64,000 nucleotides of DNA, taken from a virus. Below the pieces are notes generated by a model. The model ran no database searches, had not been told where the DNA came from, and saw only the letters and a list, made by a program, of their open reading frames with translations. Shown in pieces: positions 37,864 to 46,029 of the stretch (position 1 is the first letter of the stretch; each line of letters starts with the position of its first letter). Where the stretch lies: IMG/VR virus record IMGVR_UViG_3300030387_000087, positions 45,149 to 109,148 of that record; one strand, written 5' to 3'. A program made the position numbers and the translations under genes.

Positions 37864-38892
37864 ATGACAATTGAACAGATTAAGAACAAATTAAAATCAA
37901 AAGAGTATGACTTCCTGAGAACAGATAAGAATTTAGGTAACAATATCATTATCTTAACTCTTGGTGGAAGTCATGCATATGGGACAAACAATGAGGGCAG
38001 TGATTTAGATATTCGTGGTTGTGCTTTAAATAGCAAGATGCAAATTCTTACAAACGAGAATTTTGAGCAGTTTGTAAATAATGAAACAGACACAACTATT
38101 TATGCATTTAATAAGTTAGTTGCTTTATTAAGCAATACAAACCCTAACACAATTGAGATGCTTGGAAATAAGCCAGAACATTATTTCTATGTATCTCCTA
38201 TTGGTCAGGAACTTATTGACAATGCACATTTATTCTTATCAAAAAGAGCTTGTCATTCATTTGGAGGATATGCGAATCAGCAGCTCTATAGATTGAACCA
38301 GAAAGCAGCGCATCAGATGTCTCAGTCAGAATTGGAGAAACACATTTTAAAGACGCTTGAATTTATGCAGACAGATTTTACAAAGAAATACACACCATAT
38401 TCAGATGATTCAATGAAGTTATATATTGATAAGGCTGTGCAGGAAGGATATGACACAGAGATTTTTATGGATGTAAACCTTACTCATTATCCATTAAGAG
38501 ATTATTGCTCTATGTGGAATGAACTTCAGAACACAGTTCGTCAGTATGGAAAGATTGGTAAAAGAAATGAGAAAGCTATTGAGCATGGTAAAATTGCAAA
38601 ACATTCAATGCATCTTATTCGACTTTATATGATGTGTTTAGATATTCTTGAGAAAGAGAGAATAATCACATATAGAGAAGATGAATATGATTTGCTTATG
38701 GATATTCGTAATGGTAAATATCTCGACAGCAACGATCAGCCAATTCCTGAGTTCTTTGAAATGGTAAATGACTATGAGAAGAGATTGGATTATGCAAAGA
38801 AAAATACTAATCTTCCTGAAAATCCAGACTACAAGAAAATCAATGAGTTTGTTGCAAGTGTAAACGAAAGGGTGGTTAAGGGTGAAATCTAA
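37864..38892 (+). CDS. Pol-beta-superfamily nucleotidyltransferase
   Basis: LGGSHAYGTNNEGSDLDIRG fits hG[GS]-x10-DhD minimal NTase motif; large helical C-terminal domain; start at ATG after ttggaggttaag. Confidence 0.55.
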   Translation: MTIEQIKNKLKSKEYDFLRTDKNLGNNIIILTLGGSHAYGTNNEGSDLDIRGCALNSKMQILTNENFEQFVNNETDTTIYAFNKLVALLSNTNPNTIEMLGNKPEHYFYVSPIGQELIDNAHLFLSKRACHSFGGYANQQLYRLNQKAAHQMSQSELEKHILKTLEFMQTDFTKKYTPYSDDSMKLYIDKAVQEGYDTEIFMDVNLTHYPLRDYCSMWNELQNTVRQYGKIGKRNEKAIEHGKIAKHSMHLIRLYMMCLDILEKERIITYREDEYDLLMDIRNGKYLDSNDQPIPEFFEMVNDYEKRLDYAKKNTNLPENPDYKKINEFVASVNERVVKGEI

Positions 38893-40285
38893 ATTAAAAA
38901 TTAAAATCCCATCTGGTGCAAATGAGATTATTCATACACTCCAAGATAAAGGATATGAAGCATATTTAGTTGGTGGATGTGTTCGTGATAGCATTCTTAA
39001 AAGAACAATTCATGATTATGATATTACAACATCTGCCACACCTGATGAGATGCTTGAAATATTCAAGGGCAAAAGAATTATTAAAACTGGCTTACAGCAT
39101 GGAACAATAACGATTGTCATTGATGGCGAACCATACGAGGCAACAACTTACAGAATTGACGGTAATTATTCTGATAATCGTAGACCAGATAAAGTGACTT
39201 TTACAAAAAGTCTTAAAGAGGATTTAAAACGTAGAGATTTTACAATCAATGCTATGGCATACAACGATGAAGTTGGTCTTGTAGATCCGTTTAATGGTAT
39301 GGAAGATATAAAATATCACAAAATTCAATGTGTAGGTAAACCAGAAGATAGATTTGCTGAAGATGCTTTGAGAATTTTACGTGCTATCAGATTTGCTTCT
39401 CAGTTGGATTTTGTTCTTGAACCGAATACAGATTATGTTTTGCATAAGATGTATCAGAATTTGGAAAATATATCAGTTGAAAGGATAAATAGTGAGTTCT
39501 GTAAAATCGCTGCATCAAGTGATTTCTGTGTACAGATGGTCTTATATAGAGATGTATTATCATTGTTTATTCCTGAAATCAAAGATATGTTTGAATTTCC
39601 ACAGAATAATCCATATCACATTTATGATGTATGGGGACATACAATTCATGCAGTAGAAGCATATTTTTGTGATTGTGAAGAAGACTTAAATCCAATAGAT
39701 TTAATTACATCATTAGCAGTGTTCTTTCACGACATAGGGAAGCCACATTGTTATCAAGACGGAGAAGATGATATCAGACATTTTAAAGGACATGGAAGAG
39801 TTAGTGCTGATATGACAGATAAGATTATGAAAAGACTCTGTTTTGATAATGATACAAGAGAAAAGGTCGTTGAATTAGTTTATTATCATGACGCTACTTT
39901 TGAGATGGGAAAGAAATATGTCAAGAGATGGCTTAATAAAATCGGAGAAGAACAGTTTAGAAGATTATTAAATGTTCGTAGAGCTGATATTAAAGCACAA
40001 GCTTATACAGAGCAAGAGAGTAGGCTTCAGAAAATTGACAATATCGAATATATTTTAGAGGAAGTTTTACAGAAAGACGAATGTTTCTCACTAAAAGATT
40101 TGGCTGTTAATGGCAATGATTTGATTGAGATTGGATATAAGCCAGGAAAAGAAATAGGAAATGCACTGAAATGTCTTTTACAATTGGTAATCGAAGGTGT
40201 ATATCAAAACGAAAAAAGTGAGTTACTTAAATATGTTAAGACAACAAAAGAATGGATGAAGTTAGGAGAAAAATATAATGGTTAG
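38882..40285 (+). CDS. cca: CCA-adding tRNA nucleotidyltransferase (class II, with HD domain)
   Basis: YLVGGCVRDSILKR..DYDITT head motif, RRDFTINAMAY, HD motif FFHDIGKP; strong similarity to Bacillus CCA enzyme by eye. Confidence 0.85.
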   Translation: MKSKLKIKIPSGANEIIHTLQDKGYEAYLVGGCVRDSILKRTIHDYDITTSATPDEMLEIFKGKRIIKTGLQHGTITIVIDGEPYEATTYRIDGNYSDNRRPDKVTFTKSLKEDLKRRDFTINAMAYNDEVGLVDPFNGMEDIKYHKIQCVGKPEDRFAEDALRILRAIRFASQLDFVLEPNTDYVLHKMYQNLENISVERINSEFCKIAASSDFCVQMVLYRDVLSLFIPEIKDMFEFPQNNPYHIYDVWGHTIHAVEAYFCDCEEDLNPIDLITSLAVFFHDIGKPHCYQDGEDDIRHFKGHGRVSADMTDKIMKRLCFDNDTREKVVELVYYHDATFEMGKKYVKRWLNKIGEEQFRRLLNVRRADIKAQAYTEQESRLQKIDNIEYILEEVLQKDECFSLKDLAVNGNDLIEIGYKPGKEIGNALKCLLQLVIEGVYQNEKSELLKYVKTTKEWMKLGEKYNG

Positions 40286-40355
40286 ATTATTTAGTCAGAG
40301 TATCAAATTAAAAGTTGTTGAAGAACTCTTCAAAAAGTAGAATGGAGAGTAAACT

Positions 40356-41096
40356 ATGTACGAACAATTAAGAGAATATATAGAAGAATCAAATAATATT
40401 GTATTCTTTGGTGGAGCAGGTGTATCTACTGAAAGTGGTATTCCTGATTTTCGTTCCAAGGATGGATTATATAATCAGCATGACGTTCAGTTTGATAAAT
40501 ACGAACCTGAATATCTTTTGAGTAGAGAATGCTTATACAACAATCCAAAGGTGTTCTATGAGTTCTATCGGCAGAAGATGGATACAAGAAATATTGAGCC
40601 AAATATTACTCATAAGGTACTTGCCAAGATGGAAGAAATAGGTAAGTTGAAAGCTATTGTAACACAGAATATTGATGGACTTCATCAGAAAGCTGGCAGT
40701 AAGAATGTCTTTGAGATTCATGGAACTACTCAGAAAAATTATTGTAGTAAATGCAAAATGGAATATCATTCTGATTTCTTGTTCAGCACTAAAGAAGCTA
40801 TCCCAAAGTGTGAATGTGGTGGACTGATCAGACCTGATGTGACTTTATATGGAGAGAATTTGCCGAATGAAGCTGTAAATGGTGCTGTTGAAGCAATTAG
40901 TAATGCTGATATGTTGATTATTGGTGGTACTTCATTAAAAGTTTATCCAGCAGCTCATTATATTTCATATTTTAGTGGCAATCATTTAGTTGTTATCAAT
41001 AGGGAGAAAATTCAAGTGTTGTTATACGGTGAAACTGATTTGATGATTGTTGATTCGTTGGGTAATGTATTTAATGAGATTGAAAAATGGATATGA
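40356..41096 (+). CDS. Sir2-family NAD-dependent protein deacylase (CobB-like sirtuin)
   Basis: GAGVSTESGIPDFRS, TQNIDGLHQKAG, catalytic HG in EIHGTT, Cys4 zinc module CSKC..CECGG, GTSLKVYPAA. Confidence 0.8.
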   Translation: MYEQLREYIEESNNIVFFGGAGVSTESGIPDFRSKDGLYNQHDVQFDKYEPEYLLSRECLYNNPKVFYEFYRQKMDTRNIEPNITHKVLAKMEEIGKLKAIVTQNIDGLHQKAGSKNVFEIHGTTQKNYCSKCKMEYHSDFLFSTKEAIPKCECGGLIRPDVTLYGENLPNEAVNGAVEAISNADMLIIGGTSLKVYPAAHYISYFSGNHLVVINREKIQVLLYGETDLMIVDSLGNVFNEIEKWI

Positions 41097-41104
41097 GGTG
41101 AATT

Positions 41105-41701
41105 ATGGCAGTATATGTAACAGGTGATATACATGGAAATCCTGTGAGATTAAGTAAAGATAATTTTTATGAACAAAAAGATTTTTCTGGTAATAAAGAT
41201 GATAATACTGTAATTATTCTTGGTGATTTTGGTCTTGTATGGAACAGAGATGGTGAAAGCAAACAGGAAAAATATTGGTTGGATTGGCTTGAAAATAAGA
41301 ATTTTACAATAGTGTTTGTTGACGGTAATCACGAGAATCATAAAAGACTTGCAACTTATCCTATAAAAGAATGGCATGGTGGCAAAGTTCGTGAGATCAG
41401 ACAAAATGTACTTCATCTAATGCGTGGTGAAGTGCTTACCATTGAAGATAAGAAATTCTTTACATTTGGTGGTGCATCAAGTCATGATATTCAGGATGGC
41501 ATTCTTGATTACAATGACGAAGATTGGAGAGAGAAAGCTAAGAAACTTGATAGTCAAGGTAAATATATGTATCGCATAAAAGATTTATCATGGTGGGAAG
41601 AGGAATTACCAACAGATGAAGAAATGCAGCATGGACTAGATGTTCTAAAAGAGAATAATAATATAGTTGATTATATTATCACACATAGTCCCTCTACATA
41701 A
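41105..41701 (+). CDS. calcineurin-like metallophosphoesterase, N-terminal part up to an in-frame TAA
   Basis: GDIHGN, ILGDFGLVWN, GNHENH motifs; reading frame continues after TAA (41699..41701) to ~41878, encoding the FGHMHI (GHxH) motif. Confidence 0.6.
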   Translation: MAVYVTGDIHGNPVRLSKDNFYEQKDFSGNKDDNTVIILGDFGLVWNRDGESKQEKYWLDWLENKNFTIVFVDGNHENHKRLATYPIKEWHGGKVREIRQNVLHLMRGEVLTIEDKKFFTFGGASSHDIQDGILDYNDEDWREKAKKLDSQGKYMYRIKDLSWWEEELPTDEEMQHGLDVLKENNNIVDYIITHSPST

Positions 41702-41878
41702 GAGTTGTATCTTATGGGTGGTAAAGGATTATATGAACCAGATGTATTGACTAATTATTTGGAAGAAGTGAAAGCTGCAGTTGAATATAAAAAGCATTTG
41801 TTCGGTCATATGCACATAAACAAGGCAATCAATGATAAAGACATTTGCTTATATGAACAGATTGTTAGGATATTGTAA
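41702..41878 (+). pseudogene. C-terminal continuation of the metallophosphoesterase after an in-frame stop
   Basis: same frame; ELYLMGGKG..HLFGHMHINKA carries the final phosphoesterase motif. Confidence 0.4.
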
Positions 41879-41892
41879 AGTGAGGTGAGAGG

Positions 41893-42090
41893 GTGAATAA
41901 AAGCAAATTTACATATCCAAAATGTCCATATTGCAAGGAAGAATATCAAGATGGAGTTATGGAATATGATTTGATGAATTTAGTAACTCAAGGTTGGTGC
42001 AAAGAAGTAAACGTAAAATGTCATAGTTGTGGTGAGTATTTCAAAGTGAAGGCACACATTACTTATTATGGTTCAAAGTTAGCGAGGTAA
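41893..42090 (+). CDS. zinc-ribbon protein
   Basis: CPYC..CHSCGEYF; GTG start. Confidence 0.4.
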   Translation: MNKSKFTYPKCPYCKEEYQDGVMEYDLMNLVTQGWCKEVNVKCHSCGEYFKVKAHITYYGSKLAR

Positions 42091-42094
42091 AAGA

Positions 42095-42325
42095 GTGTTA
42101 GATTACAGTAATGCAGATTTCCCTAAAGAAACTTATTACATAAGACATCCAAATCGCATATATTTTCCTACAGATTTTTATGATGGTGAAAAAATATTCT
42201 ATTATGGCAAACATACTAAACCAAGTAGTAATGCGAGAGGATATAGATGGTATCGAAATGTGCATGGTTTAATGAAACTTGTTCATTGGACTGATATTAA
42301 ACATGGGAAATTATTTCAAAGATAG
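42095..42325 (+). CDS. hypothetical protein
   Basis: ORF track. Confidence 0.4.
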   Translation: MLDYSNADFPKETYYIRHPNRIYFPTDFYDGEKIFYYGKHTKPSSNARGYRWYRNVHGLMKLVHWTDIKHGKLFQR

Positions 42326-42413
42326 TTAATATAAACAGAGAATAATCTAATATAGAAGTAATTCTATTCAAAGGCTGATCAGTCAAATTTTCCAAGCAAA
42401 GCGAGGTAAGAAA

Positions 42414-42788
42414 ATGATTTATTGTAACAATATAGATGCAAGATATAATGTTATATATAGAAATACCTTTAATGATTTACAATACATTGATGACGGAACA
42501 CATTATAATAAAGATTTTTGGGCTTTTGCATACAAGGAAGATGAGAGAGCATTAAATCTTATGTGTAAGCCCGTAAAGGGTAGAATCAAAGAAGATAAAT
42601 ATTTTTATGAATACAAAGTAAATGGTAGAGATTTAAAAAAGAATGGTGTAACTATATATGCAAGATTATTTGCTGATACATATGAAGAAGCTGTAGAGGG
42701 ATTTAACAAATTGGTTAGAACCAGAATTAAATCTCTAAAAGATGAAATTTATAAACTGGAAGATATGTTGATTATATGTAATATGTAG
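42414..42788 (+). CDS. hypothetical protein
   Basis: ORF track; RBS gcgaggtaag. Confidence 0.45.
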   Translation: MIYCNNIDARYNVIYRNTFNDLQYIDDGTHYNKDFWAFAYKEDERALNLMCKPVKGRIKEDKYFYEYKVNGRDLKKNGVTIYARLFADTYEEAVEGFNKLVRTRIKSLKDEIYKLEDMLIICNM

Positions 42789-42791
42789 GAG

Positions 42792-43301
42792 GTGAGAATT
42801 GTGCTATCGCAGGAAAATATTAACAAACTGTGTATGACTGGACTATATAGGCATGAACCAGATGTTAAATATCGAGGTTCTATATATGAAAATCAATTAT
42901 TCCATTGCTGCAACTGGGTGTTCGAGGTCAAATATAACGAATACGAAGATACATATCAAATGGTCGATAACTTTTGGGGTGATGGTAGTGGTCTTAGGAT
43001 TGAACTTACAGATGATAATATTGATGAGTTTGAACTGATATTTGATAAAGAAGAAGTTACTATGAATTATGGCAACAATATTTGGGATTATGATGAAACG
43101 GATAGATTCTATGTTGCTATAGGAAGTGGTGGCACTCAATTTGGTAGCAAGTGGTTTGTCAAAAAGGATGCTAAAAAGAATAAAGACAAAGTAATAAATA
43201 GGTTAAATGATGAAATCAAATCATTAGAGACAGAACTTCTTCGCAAGAAACAGACTTTGGAAGAAGTAATTCATGGAGATAGAGATTTAAAATATCTTTA
43301 A
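42792..43301 (+). CDS. hypothetical protein
   Basis: ORF track; RBS taggaggtgag. Confidence 0.45.
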   Translation: MRIVLSQENINKLCMTGLYRHEPDVKYRGSIYENQLFHCCNWVFEVKYNEYEDTYQMVDNFWGDGSGLRIELTDDNIDEFELIFDKEEVTMNYGNNIWDYDETDRFYVAIGSGGTQFGSKWFVKKDAKKNKDKVINRLNDEIKSLETELLRKKQTLEEVIHGDRDLKYL

Positions 43302-43400
43302 TAACAGATCAGTATAGAAAATTTTCTTAACTTGGATATTCGTTCAAGTATTTCCAAAAACAAAAATAAAGTAATGAAATATTTTTTTCTTTATTCTCTG

Positions 43401-43503
43401 TCAAAATCCTTTAATCTACAGAGATTGCGCAATCATTTATCCTAGAATTTACTGTTAAATCCTTTCATTTTTAATATTATTTTGTTGTAAAATCCTATGG
43501 AAT
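43401..43503. repeat. three direct copies of AAATCCT(T/A)T in the intergenic region upstream of the C5-MTase
   Basis: gtcaaaatccttt / gttaaatccttt / gtaaaatcctat seen in sequence. Confidence 0.4.
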
Positions 43504-43586
43504 TTGCACGTCTGCAAAAACCATAAGAAAAAAATAATTATTGTGAGTTAAGTGTAATTGAACTTTGCAGTGGCATTGGAGCACAG

Positions 43587-45020
43587 ATGAAGGGTATTGA
43601 TAATACCCATCTATTTAACGCAAATATGATTGCAACAGCAGATTTAGACAAAGAAGTAGTGGTTAGTTATGCTGCAATTCATTGTGATTTGACTAATGAA
43701 ATGATTGAAAACTATGAAGATTATCCAAGCAAAGAAGAAATGGTAAGACAGCTTACAGATAAGCGACTTGGATATGATTTTAAGAAAGACATTCCGTATG
43801 ATTGGGAAAAACTTTCACGAAAGAAGGACAAAACAAAAGGTATTGAGAAATATTGGTTAGCAGACCATATTTCACATAATCTTGGTGATATGATGCAGAT
43901 TGAGTCTTTGCCATATTGCGACCTACTTACATACTCAACGCCATGTACCGATCTTTCAATTGCCGGTAAACAGGAAGGATTAAAGTGGACATGTCATGAT
44001 TGTGGTTGTGAATATGATCCATCAGAATTAGATGTAGATACTCGTTATACCTGCCCTAATTGTGGCAGCCACAATATTAAATCAACTCGTTCAGGTTTAT
44101 TGTATGAAGTTGAGAGACTTCTTGTAAAAGCAAAAGAGAATAATACATTACCAAAGTATTTGCTTATGGAGAATGTAGATGCTCTTGTATCAAAGAAGTA
44201 TATTGACAGTTTTAAGGATTGGCTGATTCGGCTTGATAACTTGGGATATAACTCATATTATCAGACAATCAATGCAAAGAATACAGGTATTCCACAGAAT
44301 CGAAATAGAATCTTCTGTATCTCTATTCGTAAGGATATTGATACCAAGTCTTTTGAATTTCCACAGCCTTTTGATACAGGAATCAGATTAAAGGATTTAT
44401 TAGAAACAGATAGCAGTGTTCTGGAGAAATATTTCTTATCTGATGAAGTACAGAAAAGACTTCAGATAACAGATCCAAAATTTGAAAAGAATGTAGTAGG
44501 AACAACAATTGGACAAAATTGTACCAGATTAGGTAACAGAGATTTAGTTTATCAGCAGGATTCAGTAATGGGTACTTTAGTGGCAACCGATTATAAACAG
44601 CCAAAACAGATTCTTGCCGACTCAAACGAACCAATACATATTGCTGATTTATGCAGCGAAAAGTTTCAGAGAATGCATGAACAGTCTCGCAGAGTATATA
44701 GCGAAGATGGAATTGCACCAGCTATGCATACTTGTGGTGGCGGTAATACAGAACCAAAAGTTGAAAGAGACAATTTAAGAGTTGTGAGGAAGCTCACGCC
44801 AAAAGAGTGCCACAGGCTCATGGGATTCGATGATATTGATTATGAGAACTGTAAAGCAGTTGGAATGTCTGATACTCAGGGATATAAACAAAGTGGTAAC
44901 AGTATAGTGACAACTTGCATCTCTTTGTTGATTGAGCATTTATATAAGGCTCAGTATGACAATACATATATTTGTACAGATGAGAAGATGGTAAATTTTC
45001 ATCAGCCACAAGTGGATTAA
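43587..45020 (+). CDS. DNA (cytosine-5)-methyltransferase with zinc-ribbon insertion
   Basis: PC motif TPCTDLSIAG, ENV (LLMENVDALV), QNRNRIF, TRD-like RVYSEDGIAPAMHTCGGG, RKLTPKECHRLMGFDD, GNSIV; motif I (ELCSGIGAQ) lies upstream of the first ATG. Confidence 0.8.
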   Translation: MKGIDNTHLFNANMIATADLDKEVVVSYAAIHCDLTNEMIENYEDYPSKEEMVRQLTDKRLGYDFKKDIPYDWEKLSRKKDKTKGIEKYWLADHISHNLGDMMQIESLPYCDLLTYSTPCTDLSIAGKQEGLKWTCHDCGCEYDPSELDVDTRYTCPNCGSHNIKSTRSGLLYEVERLLVKAKENNTLPKYLLMENVDALVSKKYIDSFKDWLIRLDNLGYNSYYQTINAKNTGIPQNRNRIFCISIRKDIDTKSFEFPQPFDTGIRLKDLLETDSSVLEKYFLSDEVQKRLQITDPKFEKNVVGTTIGQNCTRLGNRDLVYQQDSVMGTLVATDYKQPKQILADSNEPIHIADLCSEKFQRMHEQSRRVYSEDGIAPAMHTCGGGNTEPKVERDNLRVVRKLTPKECHRLMGFDDIDYENCKAVGMSDTQGYKQSGNSIVTTCISLLIEHLYKAQYDNTYICTDEKMVNFHQPQVD

Positions 45021-45379
45021 GTTCTGCTTGTGGTGATAAACCGCAGTTAGTTGGTGGTGTCGGTGAAATAAATTTTGGAAAGCAATTTCGTCAGGGTAAT
45101 AGAGTATATGATTTAGATCATGTAGCAATGTGTTTATTGGCACAGCCTGTAGGTAATGCTGGTGGGTTCAGCTACTTGTATACGGTGGTAAAAAATTTTA
45201 ATTTGCCCTCTATTCAAAATGCAACTTACGAAAATGATGTTCAAAGAGTTGGAACTGTAAGTGAGAATAGTCTTATTGGCGGTAGAGTTATAGGAATAGA
45301 GGGTATTTGTTTCACATTAATGGCTTGTACTCATGGCTATGGTATGGGAAATATTTATGATAATAGAAAGTTGGTGTGA
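45021..45379 (+). pseudogene. TRD-like module (QGNRVYDLDHVA..PVGNAGG) in +2 frame without an own start
   Basis: frame open from ~44984; first Met only at 45128; resembles C5-MTase target-recognition domain. Confidence 0.35.
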
Positions 45380-45380
45380 G

Positions 45381-45596
45381 ATGAAAAATTTAGGAAATGC
45401 ACCAAATGAGTTAATTTTTGTTGGTGGTATAGATAGTAACTTATGGTTGGATAATGGCAAACAATTATCTAGGAACTTTAAACAAGGATACAGAGTTTAT
45501 AGTAGCGAAGGGATTGCCTGTTCTATTACGACAAATGGTGGATGTCTAGGCGGTTGCACTGGACTCTATCTTATAGAAAGAGAGAATAATGAATAA
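45381..45596 (+). CDS. TRD-like small protein (QGYRVYSSEGIACSITTNGG..GLYLIE)
   Basis: third copy of the RVY..G..T..GG module; ATG after RBS ggtgtgag. Confidence 0.35.
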   Translation: MKNLGNAPNELIFVGGIDSNLWLDNGKQLSRNFKQGYRVYSSEGIACSITTNGGCLGGCTGLYLIERENNE

Positions 45597-45813
45597 GGAT
45601 ATACAATTTGAATCATTAACTCGAAGTAAGTGGGTTAATGATAAATATAAAGAGTTTTATCGTAAAAATGGTTATCTTCCTAAATATTTGGATGTATATA
45701 ATGGTACAGAAATTACAGATTATGCACCTACATTGTCAACAAGAAGTAATGGAGCAATGGGAAGTGGTACTGTATTGATTATGATTGATAAGCATGATAC
45801 TGAATAGAAAATA

Positions 45814-45948
45814 ACAATATATAGCGATTATAAATACAATACATACTATATATTGTATAAAAATCAAGACCGAAAGAAAGCGGAATTTCTTGTGTAATTT
45901 AACACAGTATATAGTAGTAGTACGAAAATATAAACACAATATATAGTG
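45814..45948. repeat. iteron-like 12-mer ACA(A/G)TATATAGY: three direct copies plus one inverted
   Basis: copies at ~45814, 45846 (inverted), 45904, 45935 in the intergenic region upstream of the dam-like gene. Confidence 0.45.
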
Positions 45949-46029
45949 GTTGCAAACGCTATAATATCAAGATAAAGGAGGAAATGAGGTTTGAAGCTTC
46001 GATAAATGTACATTTACTCCTGATAATAA

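Noticed and set aside
41699-41701. Genome-wide stop-codon reassignment (alternative genetic code) to explain the in-frame TAA
   Set aside because: All other genes terminate normally, many of them at TAA. Neither tRNA has a suppressor anticodon. A single local event (mutation, error or readthrough) is more parsimonious.
42853-43038. Same-strand nested ORFs in alternative frames (11866..12096, 42853..43038, 50070..50264, 55253..55549, 59170..59448, 63713..63907)
   Set aside because: They are entirely contained in longer ORFs that carry recognisable domains or better coding character, and they have no independent RBS.
45128-45379. Track ORF 45128..45379 as an independent gene
   Set aside because: The open frame and the TRD-like homology begin ~140 nt upstream of its first Met. 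It is better interpreted as part of a frameshifted or fragmentary TRD module than as a standalone protein.
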